NCBI GenBank assembly: GCA_951406725.2
Contig: OX597815.1
Span: 121,272,001 to 121,336,000 of the forward strand
Direction: 5' to 3'
Length of the DNA stretch: 64,000 nucleotides
Source of the DNA: Octopus vulgaris
Lineage: Eukaryota
Shown here: positions 24,041-36,313 of the stretch, piece by piece
Numbering within the stretch: the first letter of the stretch is position 1
How the letters are laid out: each line of letters starts with the position of its first letter
Program-made: the position numbers and the translations under genes
The notes under the pieces: generated by a model
Database searches by the model: none
What the model was told of the DNA's origin: nothing
What the model saw: only the letters and a program-made list of their open reading frames with translations

Positions 24041-27000
24041 ATAACTACTTGTAGCCTTCTGTGGAAGGCTTTTGTTGGCCTGGGGTTATAGTAGAAGACA
24101 TTTGCAGTGAGACAGAACCCAAAACCATGTGATTGAGAAGCAAACTTCTTAACCATGCAGCCACATCTGTGCTTCTATATGCATGCATGGCTGTGTGGTT
24201 AAGAAGTTCATATATGCACACACACATACATATAGTTTATTGGATAAGTTTTGATAACTGAATCCTGAATGTTGAAGATGAAATAAAAAATACCAATTAT
24301 GTTGTTTTGTAGCATCATGACCCATATATCTGAAGAATTCTGCCAATGATGAATGATCAGCTAAATTATGAATAACTTCTTTACGTAAATAAATGGTCTC
24401 TTCCGACCAAATAACTATTTTTGCTACTATGAAATATTATTTTAGAAAAGCAATAAAACAGTTTATATAAGTTTTTACCCTTTACTTACCTAGAAGAAAA
24501 TCTTCATAGAAGGACAGTAGATTACACAGAAGTGTCATAAATTAAGTAGATGAATCACTCAACTTGCATTAGTCATCTTAGTTTATTTCTCTGTTATCTC
24601 CAAGTTGAAAATTCTTTCTAATAAGAAAGAAGACTGTATATTCATCATGTTTAGTGTTCTTTGTATTGTGTAGCATTCTTTGTATCGAGCTTTTTGAAAC
24701 TTCTATCCTTATAAAAGACAGCTTTCAATCTATTTTGCTTAGCAACCTAATTAATCATGCAGAACTTTGTGCAGCTACTTTCATTGTAACTCTTATAAAA
24801 AGGAGCATATGTTGTGTCACATGATATCTGCCATTTACCTTAGCCAGCATTCTAAGCTGAATTAGCATACATCTATTTGTTATTCACTCACTGCATATAT
24901 TTTCTGGGAAATAGGAAAATATTCTATCCTCACCCTATTTTTGGCATTTACATCGAATGTTACTTGATCTAATCAGAATATAAACAGACAAAAAAATAGA
25001 ATTGACTTCTAAAGAATTAAAAAGAAGAAATATAAACATAAAAATCTATGGATTAAGTACAATTAAGAATGCAATTCCAAATAATCTCTTGATTACCAGA
25101 ATAATAATTACTTTTTTTTTCTATAATTCCAAATCTGTTGAAAGAAAATGATTCATCAGCAGGAATATTTTACTCAATAAACATAAAAATTCAATGGTTT
25201 GTATGTTTTTCCTCAAACATGTCCTAAGGATTAAAAAAAACAAAAAAACAAACAAAAAAACCCAAAATACCCAACAACTTGTTAAACACACAAACCACAT
25301 AAATTAAATTTATTGTGCATGTCACTGTGATTATCACATGGATTCCAAGAACATAGAATATTAAATCCAGTTGTTTCCAATTTAACGTGCTGATTTATCT
25401 GATATCAGAAAATCTGTTGCAAATGTTGATAACTCAAAACATTGCATATTTCAAATGTTATTTTTTTTCTTAAACTTATTGTAAATTATTAAAATCAAAA
25501 GCCAATACAAAATCTTAATTGAGTTTTGTTTTGTTATTGTCAGTTTTATCAAAGGGTTTCTTTCTTTCCTTCTTTCTTTCTGTCTTTCTTTCTTTCTTTC
25601 CTTCTTTCTTTCTTTCTTTACAAAATTATGCAAAAGATCCCAGAATTTCTTGTCATTAAAAGATCTCTTAATGCTGTATAAAGAAGAGTGACTTGAATTG
25701 ATAAGGTTATTTTTGTTGTTATTGTTGTTGTTTTTGTGGTGATGGTGGTGGTGGTAGTGTGTTGTGGTGGTGGTGGTGGTGGTGGTGTGTGGTAGTGGTG
25801 TGTGGTGGTAGTGTTTAGCCTCAGATCTTTTGGGATTGAGCTGATGCATTCCAACTATGACCATCCATTCTAATTATCAAACATAGAATATCTAAGGCTA
25901 CATTATCTAATGTGACTTTCATATTTTTAACACGCTAGACTATGACTTGTGGGAGATGTAGCTACTGCATTTCCTAGCCCGTCCATTACAAGGTCCAGTC
26001 CTTGTTGAAGTTTGTTGGCTCATGTGCCTCAATAACCCTGAGAGATAAGCCAAATAAGTGGGTGTGATGAGTGAAATGGGTGAGATTGGGTGCCAGTCTG
26101 GCTATAACAGTTGCAGCTTCTCAGCCCTCACTATTGGTTGTGGACATTACAGTACAAAATTTGATTCTTTGATTTTCACGAGCTCATGGAAGCTCATTTG
26201 AGCTTCGTGTCAGTTTGGGGGTAAATCCATACATGCCATTTTTTCTTTTGACATTTGCCTGAATAAATCAGTAGAGGTAATATTCCTAAGGCTGGTGCTG
26301 TAGTAGCTGTTTGGGGTGTTTGGAAGTGATTGTCCATGTAATGGCAAAACTGTTAGGGTATCCCAGTTTACTAAAATTCAGTATCTAGTTTTCTTCTAAT
26401 TAATCTTATTTGATGTGAATTCTTAAAAGCACTGAAAATTAGATAAAATTTAAATTTACATTACAATTACTGTTTAGCTCACCAACAAGCACCTTTCCCT
26501 GGGAAAAGTCTTGCTAAAAAGAAAAGAATAAATACAGTTTATACAGAAAGGAGAGAGAGCAGTTTAGCCTTGTGAAAGGCAATTATGTTTGTCATGGCAG
26601 TAGGATGAAATGCACCCAGTCTACACCATAAAGTAGCTGATAATGGGAAGGGTGTCCAGCTGTGAAAATTGCACCAAAATAACAACATATGCAACAATAG
26701 AGTTAATCAGTTTTCTCTGATGTTGTGTTTTCCAGATAATGAAGAACTACAGTAAGGGATAGGGTGAGTGTGTTAGATCTATCATACCCATGCTAGTATG
26801 GACAAATAGACATAAATTGATGGTGATGTACTTGTTAGTAAAATTTATTCCTTTGTTAGTTAGCTATAGTTTCTCTATAGGTTTCATTATATTTCTCAAA
26901 CGAATTGCAGGAGCAGTGAAAAGTATACAGTTGTGCAGAGAATTACTACTACATTAAGGATATGTTCAAATGTATTCAAAGATCTTTCTTACTAAACTAG

Positions 27001-27404
27001 TATGAATAAATTAATGTAAAACTATAAAAAGAAAAAGATAATAGACATATTTGCTTTCTAATACAAAGAAGTAAACTAAACTTCTTCACAATCAGAAACA
27101 AAATAGAAATATTTCAATGTATAAAAAAATGCTGATTACTATATAGATGGAATTTCTATAAAGTATTATTACTAAATAGTTTAGAATAAATTGTAAGAAA
27201 CTTGGATAACATTTCTGAAATCATTACCTGGGTTAGGTCCTTTAATGCTGAGAGTCAATGACTTGAAGCCATATAGCAAAATTGCTTGGCTGTTACTTGT
27301 AAAATATTTTACAACCTATTTTCATTTATGAGTTAATTAATTTTACACATTGGATCCATTAGACATATCTAGGCCTGCTACTTAGAATACATATATAGAT
27401 GATA

Positions 27405-27682
27405 TAGACATACATACACACACATCTACATACCTCACCACACACATATATATATATGTGTATACATACATACATACATACATACATACATACACACATA
27501 CATACATGCACACATACATACATGCACACATGCATACACACACACATACATACATACATACACACATACATACATACATACATACATACATACATACATA
27601 CATACATGCATACACACATACATACATACATACATACATACATACATACATACATACATACATACATACATACATACATACA
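27405..27682. repeat. (TACA)n/(CA)n microsatellite
   Basis: Direct inspection. Confidence 0.95.
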
Positions 27683-28142
27683 TGATGTATTGTAGAAGTG
27701 AATCTCAAGAAAGAAAATGAATAAGTCAGAAGTTAGACAGAAGTTAAAAGATAATAGACAACAAAGTCATTTCATGTGTTTCAATTCATTTTCCAATGGT
27801 GTCACAAGTTTGAAAGTTCAAATTTTAAACAAGTGGCACAACAGGGGACTAGAACATAAAGATAGACGTCCTTACTGTGTTCAATAAGGAAATATATTTG
27901 ATAAAATTAATTTTTTTTATGTATATGCATTTTTCTATAAAGATCAAAGCTTTTCAAACTTTTGTGTTTACAGAAATCATTTTATAGTTTATTTTATCAT
28001 TTTATAATGTTCATATAATGTTATAATGTTTTGCAAGATTTTTGATGTGAAATCATGTGTTGAAACAGATATTGTTATATTTAGGGATGGTCATCCTTTT
28101 TCCAATAAACCCATGCTCTATTTAGTTGATCTTCACTTTAGC

Positions 28143-28144
<2 letters not shown>

Positions 28145-28222
<78 letters not shown>

Positions 28223-28223
28223 T

Positions 28224-28296
<73 letters not shown>
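28145..28296. repeat. (TTA)n/(TCA)n compound microsatellite
   Basis: Direct inspection; it abuts the 3' end of an R4/Dong fragment. Confidence 0.95.
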
Positions 28297-28298
<2 letters not shown>

Positions 28299-28778
28299 CT
28301 ATGTTTGACTTTTGCTTTACATTTGCACAAGCTGGCTCCAAGTCTCACCCAGACACCTCAAGAGACAACGAGTTGGAAGTTCGTGTTGGTGTTATGCCTA
28401 GGGTGCCATATATTTGGTCCTGTATTTAGTGTCGTACTAGTGAATGTCTAAAAAAAAAACCATACGAAAATTATGTTTGTTTTAGAACTTGAGATTACAT
28501 AGAGTGTATTTTGTGTAGGATATGAGCAGTTCTCATGAGCACTATCTTTTGAATTTCTGCCATTTTTGGATTTCCTGGTATCTGAGTTAGGTAGCAATCA
28601 GCCCCATTTGCTATTGTTCCTAGGGCACCTATGATAACAGGTATTGTTTTAGTCTTCAGGTTCCACATTTTGCTGATTTCTATTTCCAGATCTTTATATT
28701 TGCTCAGTTTCTGGTAGGTCTTGACAGATACGTTTATATCGATTGGGACAGTCATATCAATGATGAGGCATGTTTTTT
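28297..28778 (-). mobile_element. R4/Dong-like non-LTR retrotransposon 3' end (restriction-like endonuclease domain and 3' UTR)
   Basis: CLIIDMTVPIDINVSVKTYQKLSKYKDLEIEISKMWNLKTKTIPVIIGALG...IQKIVLMRTAHILHK. Flanked on both sides by (TAA)n, the known Dong target. Confidence 0.88.
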
Positions 28779-28792
28779 ATTATTATTATTAT

Positions 28793-29129
28793 TCAATAGT
28801 TTTATTTTTATAGCGTGCTTTCACTTCACTACCGAGCACAGCTCTGTGTGCCTTGGGTATGTGCTGTGATTTGTTGTGATGCTCTGATGGTTATTGTATG
28901 GAAAGTGTTCTGCGTAGGATGTGTGCAGTGCCTAGTAGTGCAATTTTCTGTATGTTATATGTGTTATTTTCTGTATGTTATTATTATTATTATTATTATT
29001 ATTCAGTAGTTTTATTTTTATAGCGTGCTTTCACTTCACTACCGAGCGCAGCTCTGTGTGCCTTGGGTATGTGCTGTGATTTGTTGTGATGCTCTGATGG
29101 TTATTGTATGGAAAGTGTTCTGCGTAGGA

Positions 29130-29131
<2 letters not shown>
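28793..29131 (-). mobile_element. Two tandem, strongly 5'-truncated R4/Dong 3' ends (28793-28960 and 29003-29131)
   Basis: Near-identical duplicates separated by (TAA)n. The longer one encodes NIQKIALLGTAHILRRTLSIQ* on the minus strand. Confidence 0.8.
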
Positions 29132-29207
<76 letters not shown>

Positions 29208-29211
29208 CATC

Positions 29212-29257
<46 letters not shown>

Positions 29258-29399
29258 GTAGTAGTAGTAGTAGTAGTAGTAGTTTATTTATCAGTGTTCT
29301 TCCATCACAGATTCTGTGACCTTTTCAGCAACTTTCTGTCCCTCATGTATCCTCTTTTTTCTGGTCTTGTCCTGTCTATTCTATTTTGTCTTTCTGTGG

Positions 29400-29968
29400 T
29401 ATAGACAGGACATGACTAGAGAGAAGAAGGACAGAAAGTAATTGAAAAGGTCACAGAATGTGTGATGAAAATACTGGAGTCACTGAGAATGAAAATTGCA
29501 AAATCCTGTGGGATGCAATGATTCAGTGTGATCATTGACCAGACATCAGAAACTGGACATTTTTGTGGTGAATGAAAAAGAAAGGACATGCATAATAATT
29601 GATATAGCATATCCTGGTTACAACAGGATCAAAGAGAAAGAAGACAAAATATACAACTACGATGATTTAAAGTGGGAAATACGAAGGTTGTGGTCAATGA
29701 AGAGAGTAGATGTGATACCAATAGTAATTAGTACACTTGTAAGCATCTGCACTCAACTACCAACATGGCTCAAAAAGATTGGTACAAATGTAAAAGTAGT
29801 ACACCAAAAAAATCCGCTCTGCTTGAACTGCAAGAATTCTTCACAGGGTTCTTGAAGTATGACCAGCAAACAAGTTTCGCCTTAGTCTGCTGGCTGTAGA
29901 AAGCTGATACTTACTTTCCATCATACCCAGCAAAATAAGCTGAGAGTTTTCATCAAATAACAATAATA
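29400..29968 (+). mobile_element. R4/Dong-like 3' fragment from a different subfamily
   Basis: ENENCKILWD...QKLDIFVVNEKERTCIIIDIAYPG...YDDLKWEIRRLWSMKRVDVIPIVI; ends in AATAACAATAATAAT. Confidence 0.85.
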
Positions 29969-29969
29969 A

Positions 29970-30506
29970 TACTCTGATGCAGTACCAGACAGTGGCTCTT
30001 ATGGCTTCTAATCTTAAATGATTGGAAGTGTTATCATGTACATGTTTTGTCTTGGTAAAAAAGATGAGCTACAGCAAATATTCTGCTCAATACCACAGAT
30101 TTGTTTGCCAGTTGTTTGACCTTAACTTAGTGGCTGATGAGATGTACATCTCTGATCATGAGCTGATGTAGTTGGGGAGCATCATAGCCATGTGTTGAGA
30201 GAAATTCATTGGAATTTGAATAATTCACCTCTGGAAACATGAGTGTTTCATTCAACAGCCTTAAACAAACCTCGTTCAGAGACCTTATGAGCAGGATGGC
30301 CCACTTGACCTGAAGAAAATTCTAACCAGGTCCCACCTGCAAGGTCCAGGTTATATTGATATGAGATCACCATGTCGCGTACATATGGTTGTGATGCATG
30401 TGCCTGGTGTACCCTTATCAGATAAGTAGTCGTGATGAGTATACTGGGCTTCGTATATTTTACCCAGTATCACTTTGATGGCATGCACTGCTCTCTCACT
30501 CAATAA
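29970..30506. mobile_element. Unclassified interspersed repeat bounded by (AAT)n, copy 1
   Basis: 30078-30506 is closely similar to 30810-31260. Confidence 0.7.
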
Positions 30507-30535
30507 TATTAACAATATTAATAGTAATAATAATC

Positions 30536-30741
30536 CTTTCTGCTACAGGTACAAGGCCTGAAATTTTGTGGAAGGGGGTAAGTCGATTATATCAACCCCT
30601 GCTGTTTAACTGCTACTTATTTTATTGACCCCAAAAGGATGAAAGGCAAAGTCAACTGCAGCAGAATTTGAACTCAGAGCCTAAAGATGGATGAAATGCT
30701 GAACACCAATTACATGCTAACAATTCTGCCAGCTTGCTGCC

Positions 30742-30742
<1 letters not shown>
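30536..30742 (-). mobile_element. SINE family B
   Basis: Reverse complement of the GGCAGCAAGCTGGCAGAAT head through ACTTTGCCTTTCATCCTTTTGGGGTCAATAAA. Confidence 0.8.
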
Positions 30743-30809
<67 letters not shown>

Positions 30810-30813
<4 letters not shown>

Positions 30814-31258
30814 TTCTGCTCAATACCACAGATTTGCTTGTCAGTTGTTTGACCTTAACCAGTTGAGCATGTCCCTTACTGGCTGACGATATGTGCACCT
30901 CTGATCACAAGCTGAAGTAGTGGGGGAGCATCATAGCCATGTGTTCAGAGGGATTCTTTGGAGTTTGAATAATTCACCTCTGGAAACATGGGTGTTTCAT
31001 TCAACATCCTTAAACAATCCTTATTCAAGGACCTTTTGAGCAGGATGGGTTACTTGACCAGAAGAAAATTCTAACAGGACCCCCACCTGCAAGGTCATGT
31101 GCTGTTTATCTTGATATGAGATCACCATGTCGCGCACATATGGTTGTGATGCATGTGCCTAGTGTACCCTTATCAGACGGGTAGTCATGATGTGTATACT
31201 GGGCTTCATATATTTTACCCCAGTGTCACTTTGATGGCATGCACTGCTCTCTCACTCA

Positions 31259-31260
<2 letters not shown>
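30810..31260. mobile_element. Unclassified interspersed repeat, copy 2
   Basis: Direct repeat of 30078-30506; followed by (GAT)n(GAG)n. Confidence 0.7.
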
Positions 31261-31328
<68 letters not shown>

Positions 31329-31669
31329 GGAGGAGGAGGAGGAGGAGGGGGAAGAGGAAGCTAAAGTGAGGTTCAACTAGATAGTGTATGTATTTATTTG
31401 CAAAAGATGACCATCCCTAAATATAACAACATATCATTTTAATTAATAATAAATTCATTTATTGCTGAATGGGTTCTTTTTTTAAAACCATAAGCACTCG
31501 AGTGCCAGCTTTTTTGCTCAGTCAATTGAATAGACAGAAGTGCTGTAACTTGAAAGCATTAACTTGTTAGACTCAGCACATGTGCATTAACAATAGATAA
31601 TTAGTCATTTCTTCCAATTTTAGTAATTTGATAATTATAGAATTTAATACTTAAAATTCAATTATGTCA

Positions 31670-31799
31670 AGGCATGGTTGTGTGACTAAGGAGCTTGCTT
31701 TGAATCATGTGATTTCAGGTTCAATTCCACTGTGTGGCATTTTGGGAAAGTAACTTCTACTCAAACCCCAGGTTGACCAAGGCCTTGTGAGTGTGTATA

Positions 31800-31835
<36 letters not shown>

Positions 31836-32010
31836 ATCCTTGTCTTGTTGTAAATGAGCATCATTCATTTCCAATATTCTGTGGAAACATGTCAGGCCAT
31901 GGGGAAATATCATCATGTTTGGAAAGAGGTGAAGGTTGGCAACAGGAAGGGTATCTGGCTCTGGCTCTGGCCTACAGAAGCATGGAACTGTGGACATTAA
32001 AATGATTATG
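31670..32010 (+). mobile_element. SINE family A variant with RTE-like tail
   Basis: Family A head plus the GTGGAAACATGTC...CATGGGGAA...GAAGGTTG body also seen at 180-411. Confidence 0.7.
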
Positions 32011-32210
32011 CCTATGTTGTGGTAGTGGTTTGGCAGAATAATTAGTTCATCAGACAAAATACTTAGCTACGTTTAGTTATGGAGTTCTGTGTCACGAGTT
32101 CTTATTTCATCTAGGTCAGTTTCACCTTCTATTCTTCCGGAATTGATATGATAAAGTAAAAATCAAGTATTTAGGTAAAGTATATTTCTCTAAAGTGTTC
32201 AAGACACGAA

Positions 32211-32576
32211 ACAAGAGTACTCAGAGAGTGCAAACCTCCACCAAGGCAACACCAACGTCCTCTCAACGATTAGCCAGAAAGGATTTTTTAAATGAGTATA
32301 TCTGAAATAAACTCGATTGCTCTCACAAATGAGAATACTAAATATAAACCTGGCTGCTCTCAAAAATTATGTAAAAAAAACAGGAAAAATAATCCAGAAT
32401 CCTTGTCTGGGACTGGATCCATTCCAAAATCCAATCAGTTTGTGCCAGTCACAAGGCCAAATATCCCTGAAAGTTTCCTCCAAATCCATCCAGTGGTTCT
32501 TGAGATATGTTGTCCATGGACAAACAAGCAAACACGACAGTAAACAATACCTCCGCCTTCGCTTAGGCAGAGGTAA
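32211..32576. mobile_element. Non-autonomous Helentron/DINE-1-like element (HINE)
   Basis: Starts ACAAGAGTACTCAGAGAGTGC. Subterminal ACCTCCACC is mirrored by a terminal hairpin TACCTCCGCCT-TCGCTT-AGGCAGAGGTA. Core AAATCCATCCAGTGGTTCTTGAGATAT is followed by (ACAA)-like repeats. Confidence 0.65.
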
Positions 32577-33004
32577 TTAGATTATTACAGAAGACAAGAC
32601 AAATTGATAATTTCACTTAAATCTGGATGGATGAAAAGCAAATTATATCTTGTAGAATTTTAAATCAGAAATATGAAGTTAAGTAGATCACTTAGAATAT
32701 AGAGCTTACCATTTATATCACCTTCAAAACTTTTGCAGTATACACATTATAAGAGATGATAATGTACAAGTATACAACTCAAATAACTAGTTCATGGCTT
32801 TTTAAAGACACAAACTTTTATCAATTTTTGCCATTATAATGTATACAATACAATTAAATTCTGATTCAAATACAATATAAAAGTTAAAGAATCATGTTTC
32901 AATTATTTTAAAAAGAAACTTTACTATTGTCATCTATATTAACCAATAAAAAATTCATTAGGAATTTTACTAAGAGAAATCTGTTCATACTGAAAACTAT
33001 TTTA

Positions 33005-33245
33005 TGTGCTGGCACTATATAAGAAGCACCCATACTAGCACCATGTAGAAAGCATATATACCAGTGTCACATAAAAAGTACAAAGTACACTTTGTAAAGT
33101 GATTGGCATTAAGGAAGGACATTCAGTCATAGAAACTATGCCAAAACAGACAACTAGAGCTAGGTGCAGTCCTCTGGCTTGCCACCTCCTGTTAAACCAT
33201 CCAACCCATACCAGCATGGAAAACATACGTTAAATGATGATAATG
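33005..33245 (+). mobile_element. RTE 3' UTR fragment
   Basis: CCATCCAACCCATACCAGCATGGAAAAC...GTTAAATGATGAT tail. Confidence 0.7.
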
Positions 33246-33534
33246 ACCATCATCATGACGGCATTTGAAATCTATTTCTTTCACAAGACTAACCTAGTAG
33301 TAAAATGACAATAACACTTCATGCTGACATTTTCCTGAATTAAAGGAAAACTTATTTGAAAACCTCTTCAGCAGCACTTTCTGTCCTCATGTGTACTCCT
33401 GCTCTGCTAGTCCATTCTGTTCTTCCATGATGTGTATAGAAGAACAGAATGGATTAAGAGGACTAAGGCCACAGATGTGTTATTTGAAAATGTTATCCAG
33501 GAAATCGGCAATTAACATTTTTAGAAAAACCTCC

Positions 33535-33761
33535 TTAATCATTTTGATGCTAACCTGTTTGAGATTGTTGCTGGTTCTATGATGCAAACTTCCTATTTAA
33601 ACTGGCGTAAATCAAAACTTTCCAACAAATTTTCATATTAAATTATGTTCCAATCCTCAGCTTTATAATGAGAGTCATTTTACAAAATTCTTCCTTATTT
33701 TCAAAAGTAATTGAAACAAAGGCAGTGTATTTCAATGGAAATACTGTAATGAAAGGGTTAA
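33535..33761. mobile_element. TTAA-bounded MITE (piggyBac-like)
   Basis: TTAA at the left end and GAAAGGGTTAA at the right end; homologous to 14701-15102. Confidence 0.6.
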
Positions 33762-34092
33762 AAATGGTTTCTTATACAGGCACATTTGGATCATTAAAGA
33801 TATCAGTGAAATAAGCAGAGCAAAAGGGCTGTGATTAACCTACAGAAGATCAGTTTAAGCATCAGTGGCACTTATCTTACAAGTCTGAGAAAGTCTGCAA
33901 AGTCTATATGCATTAATTCACTTCCTTGAACTAAGTAATTAAAGAAAATTATAAGGAGTTAATAGAAATTCTAAACAGGTTTGGCTCCAAGGGAAGTTAA
34001 CTTCTAGAATATTATAAAAAGGAAAGACTCTGCATGAACAGCAATTTAGTTTTGTGATACTCCAGTAATCTGACAATGTAAAAAATAAATGG

Positions 34093-34166
<74 letters not shown>

Positions 34167-35759
34167 GCTTCTCAATATTCATTAATGAAAAATTGCTATC
34201 AGTTCATTCAAATTACAAAACTTCCTATATTTTCATATTTTTAATTTTTCTGAAAATAATGGAGTGCAATTTTTTCTTCTTTTTTTTAGTTTATTCTTTG
34301 TTATATTTCTGATTGCTTCTTATCAAGAATTCACCAATAAGAAAAGAAAATTATCTGAGAATAATTGAAATATAATTACTTCCTAAAATTGTTTTTAGAA
34401 ATTCAATGCCACACATTTGTATATGTTAATTTGCTTTCACACAATATTATTTCACGAAAACTGCTAATGTGACTCCAACATTTTATAATCGCTGTTACCT
34501 TGATGAAAATTACAAAAAAAAAAAAAAAGCAAAAGCCATTCCAGTACTATATGATTTCCTACGATGAATGTGTTCATCCAATACCAGCATTCTTATGAGC
34601 ACTACAAAAACCATAACCACTATAGAATGCAAAGTAGCAGGATTGCTAGATTGTGAATGACAGTAGAACAAGAAATCAAAATGAGATATTTGACCTGCTC
34701 TGTGTAATGTCAAATAGTTGTGCAGAACAATTAGAAATACTTGGAAAAAAAACAAATTAGAAAAAGGAAAAAAAAAAAAGAAAAAATAGTATTCTGATCA
34801 TGTGACATACTTGAATTTTGAGCAATTTACTTTTTCTTCAATATCTTCAAGATCCTTTAAGAAGTTGCCAAAGAAAGAATTTTTTAAAAATCTTGTTTGT
34901 AATGAGAGAACTTCTATATTGATTTTCTTGTTGTTGTTGTTGTTTAGCCACAAGTCAACTTAGATTGAGCAGATTTTTTATGAAAATATACCAGTCATGA
35001 CCATCTAGTCACTTTTGAAAGCATGTCTCATCCTACATTATCTAAAGTGTCCTTTGCTTTTTTAAAGACATTAGTGTAAATTTAAGAGAGATTTGGCATT
35101 TTATTTCTAAGAAAGAGAGTGATCATTTAGATGCTGTCTCATTGCCACATTGTACAGTGGCCAGTTATTTAAAAGTAAGACTATACTGATGGTTAAATGT
35201 TAATATTTTGGCTTAGTTTATCACAATTCAAATTATATGACTAGGAAATTTTTTAATTAGTCTAATGCAATTGACAGTCAACAATACCATAAAAATTTAT
35301 GTCACTCATTAAAGGACATTTTAAAACACATAATTTTTGTTTAAACAAAATGAAATGGGTGTGTTAAAGATCAAGAAGAATAAAACTATACAGCACTAAC
35401 ACTTGGTTGGGTACCTAAAGTTTCTCGAAATGAATCATCCATTAATTAATTCCAATTTTTCCTTCTGTATAATTAGGCAATTTACTCAACTTCCTGGATT
35501 TCTTTCATGGAATACTCACGTCACAACAAGTAGTTCCTCTTGTGGTTGCATCTATTACTAGGTGGATTATCTATTCCTCATATTATTTGGTGGGATTAGA
35601 AATTTGAATTTGAAATTAAGGTGTTATAAAGAAAAAAATACATAAAATTCACACATTCCAATAAATTTTGTAACGTTTAAACCAGGAGATTATGATGGTC
35701 ATGACAGTTCTTGGATATTTTTGCCTTTGATATATTCTTGAATTATTCTTGTGACATAC

Positions 35760-36085
35760 AAGCAAATCAACCCCAAGACTTATTCTTTGTAAGCCTAGTA
35801 CTTATTCTATCGGTCTCTTTCGCTGAACTGCTAAGTTACAGGGTTTTAAACACACCAGCATCGGTTGTCAAGAGATGGTGGGGCGACAAACATGGAAACA
35901 CAAACACACACACACATATATATATATGACAGGCTTCTTTCAGATTTCATCTACCAAATCCACAAGGCTTTGGTTGGCCCAAGTCTAAAGTAGAAGACAT
36001 TCACCCAAAGTGCCATGCAGTAGGACTGAACCTGGAACCATGTGGTTGGTTAGCAAGCTACTTACCACACAGCCACTCCTGTGCT
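35760..36085 (-). mobile_element. SINE family A
   Basis: Reverse complement of the consensus, lacking the extreme 3' tail. Confidence 0.85.
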
Positions 36086-36089
36086 TATG

Positions 36090-36312
36090 CTGAGACTCCT
36101 TCGGTCATGACTGACCATGGGACTGCACCTAGAAAGTTACCCTCCAAGGCACAAGTCCGGGCAAGGCTGTTTATGGAAGACCAGCAGTCGCCCATGCGTA
36201 CCAGCCTCCCTCCTCCACACAACCAGTGTTATCCAAGGGAAACGCAAAAGCCGATACAACTTGGCATTGCAACTCATTACATTGCAACTCATTACTACAG
36301 CTGAGTGAACTG
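36090..36312 (-). mobile_element. 3' part of a SINE family C variant
   Basis: Reverse complement of 43405-43620. Confidence 0.75.
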
Positions 36313-36313
36313 G

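Larger units (their letters stand above)
21780..24675. repeat. Old long inverted repeat (arms about 21780-22205 and 24235-24675) with nested insertions in its centre
   Basis: Colinear reverse-complement matches, e.g. TATATGGGTCATGA/TCATGACCCATATA, ATTCATAATTTAGCTG/CAGCTAAATTATGAAT and AAGTTGAGTGATT/AATCACTCAACTT. Confidence 0.85.

Noticed and set aside
30130-30160. CTGATGA followed by a GATG/CATC stem
   Set aside because: No GAAA or NUH, and the paralogous copy near 30880 reads CTGACGA without a fold.
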